64,000 bases of DNA from Candidatus Heimdallarchaeota archaeon (lineage in GTDB: Archaea; Asgardarchaeota; Heimdallarchaeia; Heimdallarchaeales; Heimdallarchaeaceae), in contig DAOVET010000004.1 of assembly GCA_030668825.1 (NCBI GenBank), positions 296-64,295 on the forward strand, given 5' to 3'. Position 1 is the first letter of the stretch. Every line of letters begins with the position of its first letter. Positions 19,170 to 28,395 of this stretch are shown piece after piece. Both the position numbers and the translations under genes were made by a program. The notes beneath the pieces were generated by a model, which saw only the letters and a program-made list of their open reading frames with translations, had not been told where the DNA came from and did no database searches.

Positions 19170-22100
19170 CTATCCTTTGAATGAAGAGAATTGATTTCGG
19201 AGCAGTATTCCTTTATTGACTAGTCTGAATATAGATGTAAGATTATCTTCCATTTCATAATCGCTGAATTTCTTAAGTAAGACACTGATAGATGTTTCTT
19301 CTTTTTTCTTGACAAATTCTGCAATTCTTTGATCATGTTTCTCCAGTTTTTTTATTTCACCTGATTTTTGTTTGTTAAATTTGAGAGGGAAGTAAATCCA
19401 TAGATAAAGAGATTCTGAAACCTTATCTTCAATGAGTTTCTTCTTAGAACCGAACACTTCTTTCTTTCCATCCCACACTTTTCCTTTGGTTTTGAAACTA
19501 TATTCAAACCACATTATCAAGTCAAACAACCTTACTTGAAATTCCTTTATGACTTCATTTGAAGAGAAGAGAAAAACTGTATAGGTTTCTGAACTAGCGC
19601 CTGTAACAACAAAATTCCTATATTCGAGTCGTTTAATTTCTCCAGTATCACTACCTCCAAGGGTTTTGCCCATGGTTTCGATAGCACCCAGAAAACCTAA
19701 TACAAGAGCGGTTTCTATTGCATGTTCACTTCCTATATCTAACTCAAATACAGGTAAGCTAGTTTCAGAATGAATAAATAATATTTTTCGCATAGAAAGA
19801 ACACTATCTAGCAACCCTACTACTTTAGCTTTACTCTGCACATCTACAATTGGAGCTTTGGATTTCCTGGATCTTGGAATTGCTATTACAGCTATTAAAA
19901 GAGTTATTAGGAGAATACCCCCAACAACTATGATAATTATGAGATAAGGGGGAAGTTGTTCAGTTGTTTTGACTTTAACTGTGTACTCAAAACTACTCTG
20001 TTCATCAACATATCCAGCTCTGAAGTTTGCTTTAGAAACAGTCACGTTTACTTTGTGTGTTCCTGAGGTTTGCATACTCATTGTTAATACAACCCAATCT
20101 CCATCGATAGTCTGCTCGTAAAAACCTTCAGCTATAAGTACATCATTGATATAGACACTGACATCATCAGGATAAATGACACTCTGCAATGGATCTGTCA
20201 TATTCAATAATTTGAACCTTAGAACTGCTTCATCAGTAGAATTAATCTCAATAGAATCCTGATCTACAACTAATGAGAACAAGTTGAAAACTTCTAGATT
20301 TAGTTGTATCTTCCTGGATTTGCACTGCGAGCTAGAAGCTTCCAAAGTTATTGTATGAAAACCCGCATCAATATCTATTGGAACTGTTGAATTGAAAAAT
20401 ATTCCATTCTCACTAAAATTACTAGAAAGACCCCAACTTGTAGTATAAGAAACAGTTGCATTTACTAATGCTTGCCCCATACTACCAAAGAAAGGTTCAC
20501 TTATAGAGTAGAAATCTGAGCGAGCTCTTAACGAATCACTGTTCATCCTTAAGATTGTATTTGAGGTAATATAGGTCCATACATCACTATTTGGAAGTGT
20601 TTCCCAAGAAGGATTGAAAACTATCTCAGTTTCAACAAATATTTTTTTAGCAAATAAACCAGCTTGAGTACCATTGGTCCAATAAACAAAAGCTGTCCAT
20701 TCACCGGTCATATCAGATCCATATACAGATGGATCAAAAGTTAAGTTTGAGGTGTATAATCCCGAACCACTAGAGAATATTCCATTCTTTGTATACGAAG
20801 AAATATCAATATACGAGAGGTTTGAGGGAAGAGCTATCTTTTGAGGTAAAATATTTCCATTTGGATCAAACAAAGTTACATTTATACTTCCAGTATCCTC
20901 ATTATTCTGAATATTAATCTCGAAATTCACTGTTGAACCTTCATTTCCATATGCATCGATAGTATCAGTAGTCCAGTATCCTAAAGAGAAGATATCTGCT
21001 GGTCCGGAATCATCTGAAAGAATCAGTTGTTGAACATAATTAAGACTCGTAGTTTCTAATCTAAATGTTCCTGCAGAAATATTAAATCCATAATTAACTA
21101 AATATCCATCAATCGTTTTCTGAGAGCTAAGGATATCAGTATCATTATAATAACAAGTAGAACTATCAGACCAGTCAGTAGGAGTGAATATTAAACTGGA
21201 TCTTTCCATACTAGGGTAGGGAGAATAATCAGCTTCTGAAGTTGACCATTGTAATGTCCATATATTAGAGTAAATACCAGATGTTGAATTGATTGCTGTA
21301 AAAGAAGTATCAACTGTCACATCTTTTGAAAAAGAATAAGAATTATTGAACACTAACTCCACTGAAGTATCACAGCTAAGCAAATGAAAACCAGTAGTAG
21401 AAATTGGAGATGTGGTTGTTAGAACATCTGAAGAATTATCTTGCAAAGCTATTTGGTTTAAATCACTAAAAGTCACTGCTGTTCCATTATCATAACTTGG
21501 AAGAAGTTGAGGAATAAAGGTATGATCTACCAATTTGAGGTTCCAAACACCAGAATTGTCCAAATAATACGTATCACTGTCTAGTGGTGCAGTACTATAA
21601 CTATACCAACGGAAATTCCATGGACTTCCAGCAACTGTCAGATTTGCAACTACAAAATATTTTCCGTTTTCTAAAACTATATCTGTGAAATCATAGAATG
21701 GGAGATTATCAATAGTACTAAAAGGAAAAGGATTAGCATTTGTATATGGACCATGAACATCACTGGAATAGATATAGGACATATTTGGTTTACCTGTTAG
21801 TTCATCAGCTTTTACAAGAAACAGCTCCAACTCTGTTGTACCAACATTCCCATCATCATCAAAAAAAAGTTTAGCACCTGAAAACACTGCATAATCCCAA
21901 TTTATATCGAAACTTTGAGCTATAGCCCATCTAGAAAAAGTATCACCTATCTCTATTGGTGTATCTCCTTCAATTTCTATTGGATACAAATCAGTTTTTG
22001 CAGTGATGCTTGAAATATTATAATTAAGTCTAAAAGGGTCATAACCTGTGATTGTATCAATCGTATAATTATCTTCAAATTGCTCACTTGTTACATTGTA

Positions 22101-22364
22101 AGAAAGGTTAAGAGTTTGATAGTCATTTACAGTTAGAACATCTTTCCCTGATAAACTACTTCCTACTCCAGATACATTAGTGATTGGAGTGTAAAGAAGT
22201 TCAGTTTCAGAAATAGAGATAGGATTATATTGTTCTAAAGTTATAATATCATTTTTCTCTTGAGAGTCTGATTTAGAAACAAGTTGTTCTTGATAAATTG
22301 ATAAACTAAGCACTATAAGAAACACAACAGAATAAATTTTGACTTTATGCGCTACTCTTTGCAT
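19170..22364 (-). CDS. Giant single-pass surface protein (receptor-like paralog 1)
   Basis: 1064 aa. Signal peptide; the ectodomain has the same conserved blocks ('GYWTTDTIDAYGNEGS', 'NVTLFDPNGNI', 'FDPSVYGSDMTGEWT...WTNGTQAGLF'). TM 'LIIIIVVGGILLITLLIAVIAI' + 'PRSRKSK'. Cytoplasmic module 'KILFIHSETSLPVFELDIGSE...LGFLGAIETMG...YTVFLFSSNE'. Confidence 0.8.
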   Translation of the reverse strand: MQRVAHKVKIYSVVFLIVLSLSIYQEQLVSKSDSQEKNDIITLEQYNPISISETELLYTPITNVSGVGSSLSGKDVLTVNDYQTLNLSYNVTSEQFEDNYTIDTITGYDPFRLNYNISSITAKTDLYPIEIEGDTPIEIGDTFSRWAIAQSFDINWDYAVFSGAKLFFDDDGNVGTTELELFLVKADELTGKPNMSYIYSSDVHGPYTNANPFPFSTIDNLPFYDFTDIVLENGKYFVVANLTVAGSPWNFRWYSYSTAPLDSDTYYLDNSGVWNLKLVDHTFIPQLLPSYDNGTAVTFSDLNQIALQDNSSDVLTTTSPISTTGFHLLSCDTSVELVFNNSYSFSKDVTVDTSFTAINSTSGIYSNIWTLQWSTSEADYSPYPSMERSSLIFTPTDWSDSSTCYYNDTDILSSQKTIDGYLVNYGFNISAGTFRLETTSLNYVQQLILSDDSGPADIFSLGYWTTDTIDAYGNEGSTVNFEINIQNNEDTGSINVTLFDPNGNILPQKIALPSNLSYIDISSYTKNGIFSSGSGLYTSNLTFDPSVYGSDMTGEWTAFVYWTNGTQAGLFAKKIFVETEIVFNPSWETLPNSDVWTYITSNTILRMNSDSLRARSDFYSISEPFFGSMGQALVNATVSYTTSWGLSSNFSENGIFFNSTVPIDIDAGFHTITLEASSSQCKSRKIQLNLEVFNLFSLVVDQDSIEINSTDEAVLRFKLLNMTDPLQSVIYPDDVSVYINDVLIAEGFYEQTIDGDWVVLTMSMQTSGTHKVNVTVSKANFRAGYVDEQSSFEYTVKVKTTEQLPPYLIIIIVVGGILLITLLIAVIAIPRSRKSKAPIVDVQSKAKVVGLLDSVLSMRKILFIHSETSLPVFELDIGSEHAIETALVLGFLGAIETMGKTLGGSDTGEIKRLEYRNFVVTGASSETYTVFLFSSNEVIKEFQVRLFDLIMWFEYSFKTKGKVWDGKKEVFGSKKKLIEDKVSESLYLWIYFPLKFNKQKSGEIKKLEKHDQRIAEFVKKKEETSISVLLKKFSDYEMEDNLTSIFRLVNKGILLRNQFSSFKG

Positions 22365-22472
22365 GTAAGAAACCCCACATTTAATGACCTATATTCAATA
22401 TTTGAAAGTTAATTTATTATTTATATCTATGTAAAGTAGCAATTAAACGATTTTTATTTGTACTTCTAAAGT

Positions 22473-23174
22473 TCATACTTTATTTCTATCAAGTTCGAAA
22501 AATGTTTGAGTATACTGATCAGATATACTGGTTATAACAAATTCTTTCTCAACAAGTTTGAATATTATCCCTAATGCTTCATTTACTGGATATTTCTTCA
22601 AATCGTCTAATAATCTCATTATTGAGGTTTGCTTATTTTCTGCAAAATGTGTTAATATATCTCTTAATATCATACTCTCGCTTTCGATTTCTGCAAGCTT
22701 GCGAATATCTATTTCGAGTGGGTAGAGCAACCACAGATGGAACAGATTAGTTATTTTGTCCATTATACTTATTTTGTAATAATCAGAAAATTCTTCGGAA
22801 TACTCTCCTTCTGAACTATCAAAACCAAAAACTAAATCAAACCATTTTACTAATTCTACGATACTTTTTTCGAGATCACTCTGCAAATCTCGTTCAATGA
22901 ATAGATAAGCTGTGTATGGCCCATAACTTGTAGTTAAAACAATGAAACCATAATACTTTATTTTTGTTATATCAGCTGTTGAACTGATTTTCTCAACTTG
23001 AGTAGAATCTTGTGTCTGTAAAACATCGCAGATAAGAGAAGGGTCAAGGTTAACCTGGCTATTTAAGTCCATTTCAAAAACTGGTAAACACTGTTCATGT
23101 TGAACTACAAGTAATTTTCTTACCATGAAAACATCTTGAAGTATTATTTCGTAGTTCAACACCAGCTCTACCAC
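22473..23174 (-). CDS. Standalone soluble copy of the receptor cytoplasmic (Roadblock-like) module
   Basis: 233 aa. 'KLLVVQHEQCLPVFEMDLNSQ...DPSLICDVL...YTAYLFIERD...LWLLYPLEID' is collinear with the cytoplasmic domains of the three giant proteins and with ORF 163-1239. Confidence 0.7.
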   Translation of the reverse strand: MVELVLNYEIILQDVFMVRKLLVVQHEQCLPVFEMDLNSQVNLDPSLICDVLQTQDSTQVEKISSTADITKIKYYGFIVLTTSYGPYTAYLFIERDLQSDLEKSIVELVKWFDLVFGFDSSEGEYSEEFSDYYKISIMDKITNLFHLWLLYPLEIDIRKLAEIESESMILRDILTHFAENKQTSIMRLLDDLKKYPVNEALGIIFKLVEKEFVITSISDQYTQTFFELDRNKV

Positions 23175-23662
23175 TTTATTTCTCTTAAATTATAATATAC
23201 TTCTTTACATATTTTAAAATTGTTCAAGTGACCATCAAACCATTAATGTTAAATATTTCCGAATGTATCTTATATTTGAAAGGAAATGAGTAAAATTGGA
23301 AAGTTTGTCTCTAATTTTTTACTAAAGATGTTTCCTCAAACCCCACCAGAGTTTCAAACTGAAGAAAGAAGAGACTTTGAGAAAGGTGGAAGGCAATTTA
23401 GAGGTATAAAAGGTAAGAAAGATAAAATTGCGATGATTGAGGGAGTATTCAAAAGAAACTCAGGGAACTAAAACTGATTTTTTCTCAACCTATCAAATAA
23501 TAACCTATCTTTTTGTATAGTCTCCCTTATTGGAAGAAGACCTTTAGATAAACTCATCAAAAGATTAAAAATTAGTGAAGACCTCAAGAATCTCTTCAAT
23601 CATTTTCTCTGATTCAAAGGGAGTTTTTGGGAAAAAAAGATTGGAAAGAAAATTTTGAATCT

Positions 23663-24793
23663 TTAGTTCTTCCTTTTCTTTCTAAATCTCAAACTTAAAG
23701 CTAAAATACCTATAGCCAAGACAATGTAGATAGATGAAGAAAATGAACTATCTAATATCTCTTCAACTTCACCTAGACCTGTAAATACTGGAATAGCATC
23801 AAGAGGGTACAAATCTTCTGAAGTTGTGAGACCACCTATTTGATATGATCCAATTCCACTCCAGTCGTCCCAATAATTCCCTTCATTGCTCTCATTATCA
23901 TACCAAGTGTTTGATGAGCCTTCATCCTCTGCTTGAGAAGTACCTAGTAAATTGTTATCTATAAACGCATTATGATGGATTTTATTTTTACTTGCTATGT
24001 TACGTAGGTATATACCATATTCAGTATTGTTAACAAGTGTATTATACATCAAGTTGTTATTTTGGGCATCAAACAATCTTATACCATATTCTAAATTATT
24101 TGCACAAGTGTTATTAGCTACTGTACAGTCTGAAGCTGTCCCTAGACTTATCCCTTCTGTACTCTCTGCTAATGTATTGTTTACTATTGTACAATCATTG
24201 GTTTGATACAGAGAAATTCCTTTTATTGTATTTTGGTAACAGAGATTTTCCATGATTACAGAACCATCTGCTGTGTCTAGATAAATTCCATACATTGCTC
24301 TAACAATAGTATTCCTTTCTACTAGGAGATTATAACCGAATCTGATTTCCAATCCATAACCTGTACTCTCATAAATATAATTATTAATAACATCACAAGC
24401 ACCTTTGTTAACTCTTTTTATGGTGATACCGTCACCCATAGTTTGAACAAAGCAATTTTGTATAGTAAAATACTTCTTTACGTTATCAATCAATATTCCT
24501 GGAGTTCCAAATTCATCTGATGTTATATTATAGTTTTGAATTAGATATGGATCTTCTTCAGTTCCTGAACCAGGGAATCCATAATCTGTGAAATTTGCGT
24601 CGTTGATTATTTCTATTACTTCATGAGGAATCAATCCTTCAGGTATTGGCGGTATAACTACTGAAATATTCCAGTTTTCCTGTCTGCTATCTGGTTTTGC
24701 TAAACAAATCTCACTAGAGGCTAAGGAGAAAAGGATAATGCAAAATAATAATCCAGATAGGAATTTAAGTTTGTTTTTTCTTTCTTTATACAT
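23663..24793 (-). CDS. Surface-anchored right-handed parallel beta-helix (pectate-lyase-fold) repeat protein
   Basis: Signal peptide 'LLFCIILFSLASSEICLA'. Repeated ~22-aa PbH1-like units ('NNTLAESTEGISLGTASDCTVANNTCANNLEYGIRLFDAQNNNLMYNTLVNNTEYGIYL'). C-terminal TM anchor 'IYIVLAIGILALSL' plus basic tail 'RFRKKRKN'. Confidence 0.7.
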   Translation of the reverse strand: MYKERKNKLKFLSGLLFCIILFSLASSEICLAKPDSRQENWNISVVIPPIPEGLIPHEVIEIINDANFTDYGFPGSGTEEDPYLIQNYNITSDEFGTPGILIDNVKKYFTIQNCFVQTMGDGITIKRVNKGACDVINNYIYESTGYGLEIRFGYNLLVERNTIVRAMYGIYLDTADGSVIMENLCYQNTIKGISLYQTNDCTIVNNTLAESTEGISLGTASDCTVANNTCANNLEYGIRLFDAQNNNLMYNTLVNNTEYGIYLRNIASKNKIHHNAFIDNNLLGTSQAEDEGSSNTWYDNESNEGNYWDDWSGIGSYQIGGLTTSEDLYPLDAIPVFTGLGEVEEILDSSFSSSIYIVLAIGILALSLRFRKKRKN

Positions 24794-24940
24794 TTCATTA
24801 CTTCCCTATAGTAATCTTTAGTTAACGAAAACTTGCTATTTAAGCGTTATGTGCTAAAAAATGGTTTTCTACTTGAAAACTTTAATATTTTTATTTCTCC
24901 CTAGTTAGAATTTTGAAAAATAATATTTCGATTCAATTTT

Positions 24941-25789
24941 GTGGATTTCTTGGATTTTTATATCAATGGTCAAAAAAATTATAATTGTTCAAACAAAAAA
25001 GCAAATGATTCTATGAAAGATAGACAAAGATTCCTTCTTGTATTAACAATTTGTACTTGGATAATTGGAAGCATTATTGGGATTGTATTTGTATTTGTAA
25101 TGTTGGATGATATCTCAGGCTTAGAATGGTTTGGTAGCCCAACATTTGGAATGGTAATTCTTATAGTGTTGATGACTAGTTTTTATCTTGTCTTTAGAAA
25201 AAAGAATCTTCAACCAACTATAATTGTTATAATTTGGTTCTTCTTTCTCTTTATAGCTACTACTGTGTGCATGGTTGCTTTTGCATATCATGACCTAGGC
25301 CAATGGGAAGATTTTCAAACTATGCCCTTGTTGGGAACTTTCCTTTTAATTCTATGGGCAGCAGGAGTGCATTTTAGTTTAAAAAATGTAGAAAGAAAAT
25401 CACTATATATTTTCACTCTTTGGACCGTAGAATTCTTTCTAACTGTATTATTTACTATGATAGCATTAGCTTATGGACCTCTTAGAATGTGGGAAGATTG
25501 GCAACCTTATCCAATTATGGGAATAGGGATATGGGCAGGTCTCATTACAATCGCATACTTTGCAATTAGAAGTTCATCTATTTCATGGATCGATGCAGGA
25601 TTTTACTGGTCATGGTCTATGTTCATTGGCATAACAACAAGCATGTTGAGTGTTTTCATAGTGTTACTAGATTATACAAATTTATGGCCTATTTATCCTA
25701 TAGCTGGAACATTAGGATTTGCAGCTTTATTTACCACGTTGAAATTTACTTTGAAAAAATCAAATGTGAATGAAAAACTGAAGGAGTAA
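24941..25789 (+). CDS. Polytopic membrane protein with internal repeats
   Basis: ~8 TM helices. A repeated unit contains 'HDLGQWEDFQTMPLLG' / 'GPLRMWEDWQPYPIMG' / 'NLWPIYPIAG'. Confidence 0.5.
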   Translation: MDFLDFYINGQKNYNCSNKKANDSMKDRQRFLLVLTICTWIIGSIIGIVFVFVMLDDISGLEWFGSPTFGMVILIVLMTSFYLVFRKKNLQPTIIVIIWFFFLFIATTVCMVAFAYHDLGQWEDFQTMPLLGTFLLILWAAGVHFSLKNVERKSLYIFTLWTVEFFLTVLFTMIALAYGPLRMWEDWQPYPIMGIGIWAGLITIAYFAIRSSSISWIDAGFYWSWSMFIGITTSMLSVFIVLLDYTNLWPIYPIAGTLGFAALFTTLKFTLKKSNVNEKLKE

Positions 25790-26002
25790 AATGGTTGCAC
25801 ATTTCAATTCTGAAATTATGAGATGTCTTGGAAGACCTTAAGTCAACCATTGTAATTTCAGATTAGAAATGACATCAAAATCCCACAATAATTCCAATAA
25901 ACTTAAGATTTGTATTTACCTTTTAAAATCTAAAGAATAAAATTGGAATATTGATGCTTCTAACTTTGTTATTCTAATAACATTTGGTTAGGGTGATCTA
26001 GT

Positions 26003-27802
26003 TTGACTGAAACAGTGCTAAAAGAATTGCTTCGCGTAGAACAATTAATTGTTGAAGAAGATAATAATACTGCATTAGAACTTGTAAGAAAGATTTCCAA
26101 AAGAGAGGGGTTGTCTAATGAAGATAAGCTTGCTTGTACTCTACTAGAATCTCGAATTGATTTTAAACTAGGTGAAAGAGAAAAAGTACTTAAAAAAGCT
26201 GAGAAAATTTGGCCAACAATTCGTAAACTAGAAAATCCATTATTTATTTTGGATTATTTAATAATTAAAACGAATGCTTCTTGGATTAGGGGTGAATTTG
26301 ATAGTGGCATCAAAGTATTTGAAGAGCACTTGGAGTTAATTGAAGAATTACAAAAAAAAGTGCCCAAAAATAATGAGATACGTTTCAAGATAAGAAGAAG
26401 TGAATTTCTGCGAAATGGTGGCATCTTATATTGGTATAAGGGTGAACTTGATACCTCTCTAGAAATTCATAAACAAAGTTTAGCTTTTGGTGAAGAGATT
26501 AACAATAAAACTTCCATTGCAGGTTCTTATAATAATATGGGTCTTGTTTATTGGTCAAAAGGTAATATCGATAAATCAATTGAGTATTACAATCGTTCTT
26601 TGAGCCTCTTTGAGGAGTTAGGGATGAAACAAAAAGCTGCGGGTATTTTGACAAATTTAGGCAATGCATACTCAATAAAAGGGGATCTTGACAAAGCATT
26701 AGAAACTCAGCAACGTAGTTTGGAAATTAAAAAGAAATTTAGTAATAAGGGACTAATAGCTGTTTCACTTATCAATATAGGAGTAATATTTCAATTGAAA
26801 GGTGAACTCGACAAAGCACTAGACTATTATCAAGAAGGATTGTTACTAAGTGAAGAAATAGATTCCAAGTCTAATATCGCTCTCGCCCTAAATAACATCG
26901 GTAATATATTTGATTTAAGAGGCAATCCCAATTTAGCCATAGAGTATTATGAACGAAGCTTGAACCTTTACGAAGAGATTGGTATTAAAGATAAGGTTGC
27001 CTTATTACTCGTTAATATTGGCGCCAATTGTAGACAAAAGGGCAATATTAAAGAAGCATTTGATTATTTTAATCAAAGTTTAATAATTTATGAAGAAATA
27101 GGGAATAATTTGGGTTCCTCAGTAGTTCTTCTTGAACTTGTACAGGAAACACTTGAACAAAATGATCAGGAATTAATTCAAGAATATTTGGAAAAATTAG
27201 AGCAAATCAATAAATCTGAAAACATTCGTTTAATTGATCAACGTTTCCGTTTAGCAAAAGCGCTTTCACTTAAGGATAGTAGTCAATCTCGCATCAAAAC
27301 AAAAGCAATAGTAATGTTTGAACAAATCATTGAAGAAGAAATCATAGATCATTCACTAACTGTTAAAGCAATGGTTCACCTAAGTGATTTGTTGATAAAA
27401 GAATTAAAACAAACAGCAGAATTTGAGTTATTAGAAGAGATTAAGGAATTAGTACAAAAACTTCAGGAAATTGCTGAAGAACAATCATCCAATTCGATTC
27501 TTGCAGAAATATACAGATTGGAAGCATTGCTAGCTTTAGCAGAGCTTGATTTGAAGGAAACTAGGCAGTTATTACAAAAAGGTCTTGTTCTTGCTGAGGA
27601 AAAAGGTCTTGAGAGCATTGCATCAAATATACGTGAAGAACAGAATAGATTAACAGAACAAATTAAACTGTGGGAAGAACTTCAAAAACGAAAAGCTCCA
27701 TTAAAAGAAACATTACAATACATAAAAATAGAGGAATCTATGAAACAGTTACAACATGAAGAAACAGTCACATCCAGGAAATTATTTTCATTAAAGATTT
27801 AG
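26003..27802 (+). CDS. TPR-repeat protein
   Basis: At least 7 consecutive 40-aa TPR_12-type repeats ('AGSYNNMGLVYWSKGNIDKSIEYYNRSLSLFEELG', 'AAGILTNLGNAYSIKGDLDKALETQQRSLEI', ...) followed by a coiled-coil C-terminus. TTG start. Confidence 0.8.
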   Translation: MTETVLKELLRVEQLIVEEDNNTALELVRKISKREGLSNEDKLACTLLESRIDFKLGEREKVLKKAEKIWPTIRKLENPLFILDYLIIKTNASWIRGEFDSGIKVFEEHLELIEELQKKVPKNNEIRFKIRRSEFLRNGGILYWYKGELDTSLEIHKQSLAFGEEINNKTSIAGSYNNMGLVYWSKGNIDKSIEYYNRSLSLFEELGMKQKAAGILTNLGNAYSIKGDLDKALETQQRSLEIKKKFSNKGLIAVSLINIGVIFQLKGELDKALDYYQEGLLLSEEIDSKSNIALALNNIGNIFDLRGNPNLAIEYYERSLNLYEEIGIKDKVALLLVNIGANCRQKGNIKEAFDYFNQSLIIYEEIGNNLGSSVVLLELVQETLEQNDQELIQEYLEKLEQINKSENIRLIDQRFRLAKALSLKDSSQSRIKTKAIVMFEQIIEEEIIDHSLTVKAMVHLSDLLIKELKQTAEFELLEEIKELVQKLQEIAEEQSSNSILAEIYRLEALLALAELDLKETRQLLQKGLVLAEEKGLESIASNIREEQNRLTEQIKLWEELQKRKAPLKETLQYIKIEESMKQLQHEETVTSRKLFSLKI

Positions 27803-27943
27803 GTTTCAGCTTTTTATACAGCAATGGTTTTTTCTCTTTTATTCATTTAGCTAAAACTACCGTCTCTAATGGTTTAACAAATGTTATTGAAGCGCTTATT
27901 TCTTTTGAATATTTTTATTAATCAGTATTCCTACTAGAGTAAG

Positions 27944-28327
27944 ATGAAATTCTTCTGTAAAAAATGTGAGAGCAAATTCGATGACGATTATAAAGATCTT
28001 TTTGAGCAGTTAAAATGTCCAAAATGTAAAAAAAAGGATATTGTACTAAATTTCATCATTCAGGGTGTACACCCTCCTGAAGCTGGTTTAGGCATATCTT
28101 ATTGGGAATTTGAAGATATCTTGGAGGAGGGTAAGGTAAGTTATCTTAATGAGTTCTTTGAAGAAGAATTCAATCTTCACTATTCTAGAAATGGTGATGA
28201 ATTTATTTTAGCAGAGAAATCTGGTCAGAAGGTAGATTTAAAGATCATTTTTGAAAAAACTCAGAATGATGGTAAACTCCAAAGGATGATTTACAACATT
28301 TACTATGTCTTATTACATGGTTACTAG
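27944..28327 (+). CDS. Hypothetical protein with an N-terminal zinc ribbon
   Basis: 'CKKCES...(16)...CPKCKK' C-x2-C/C-x2-C pair, then an acidic globular region. Lies immediately upstream of the gelsolin gene. Confidence 0.5.
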   Translation: MKFFCKKCESKFDDDYKDLFEQLKCPKCKKKDIVLNFIIQGVHPPEAGLGISYWEFEDILEEGKVSYLNEFFEEEFNLHYSRNGDEFILAEKSGQKVDLKIIFEKTQNDGKLQRMIYNIYYVLLHGY

Positions 28328-28395
28328 AAAACAAACACTTTGAGTAATGACTATCTAGGAGAAAGGTTTTAACGCTATAACTAGAAAATCTACTC

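Noticed and set aside
11744-22364. Possibility that the three giant genes are a DNA-level repeat or recent duplication artefact
   Set aside because: The paralogs align only at the protein level with substantial divergence. No long identical nucleotide stretches were seen, so they are anciently diverged paralogs rather than assembly repeats.
23286-23471. 61-aa ORF in the 490-nt gap upstream of the Roadblock-module gene
   Set aside because: No motif, basic/low-complexity product. More likely promoter/UTR sequence, though a small protein cannot be excluded.
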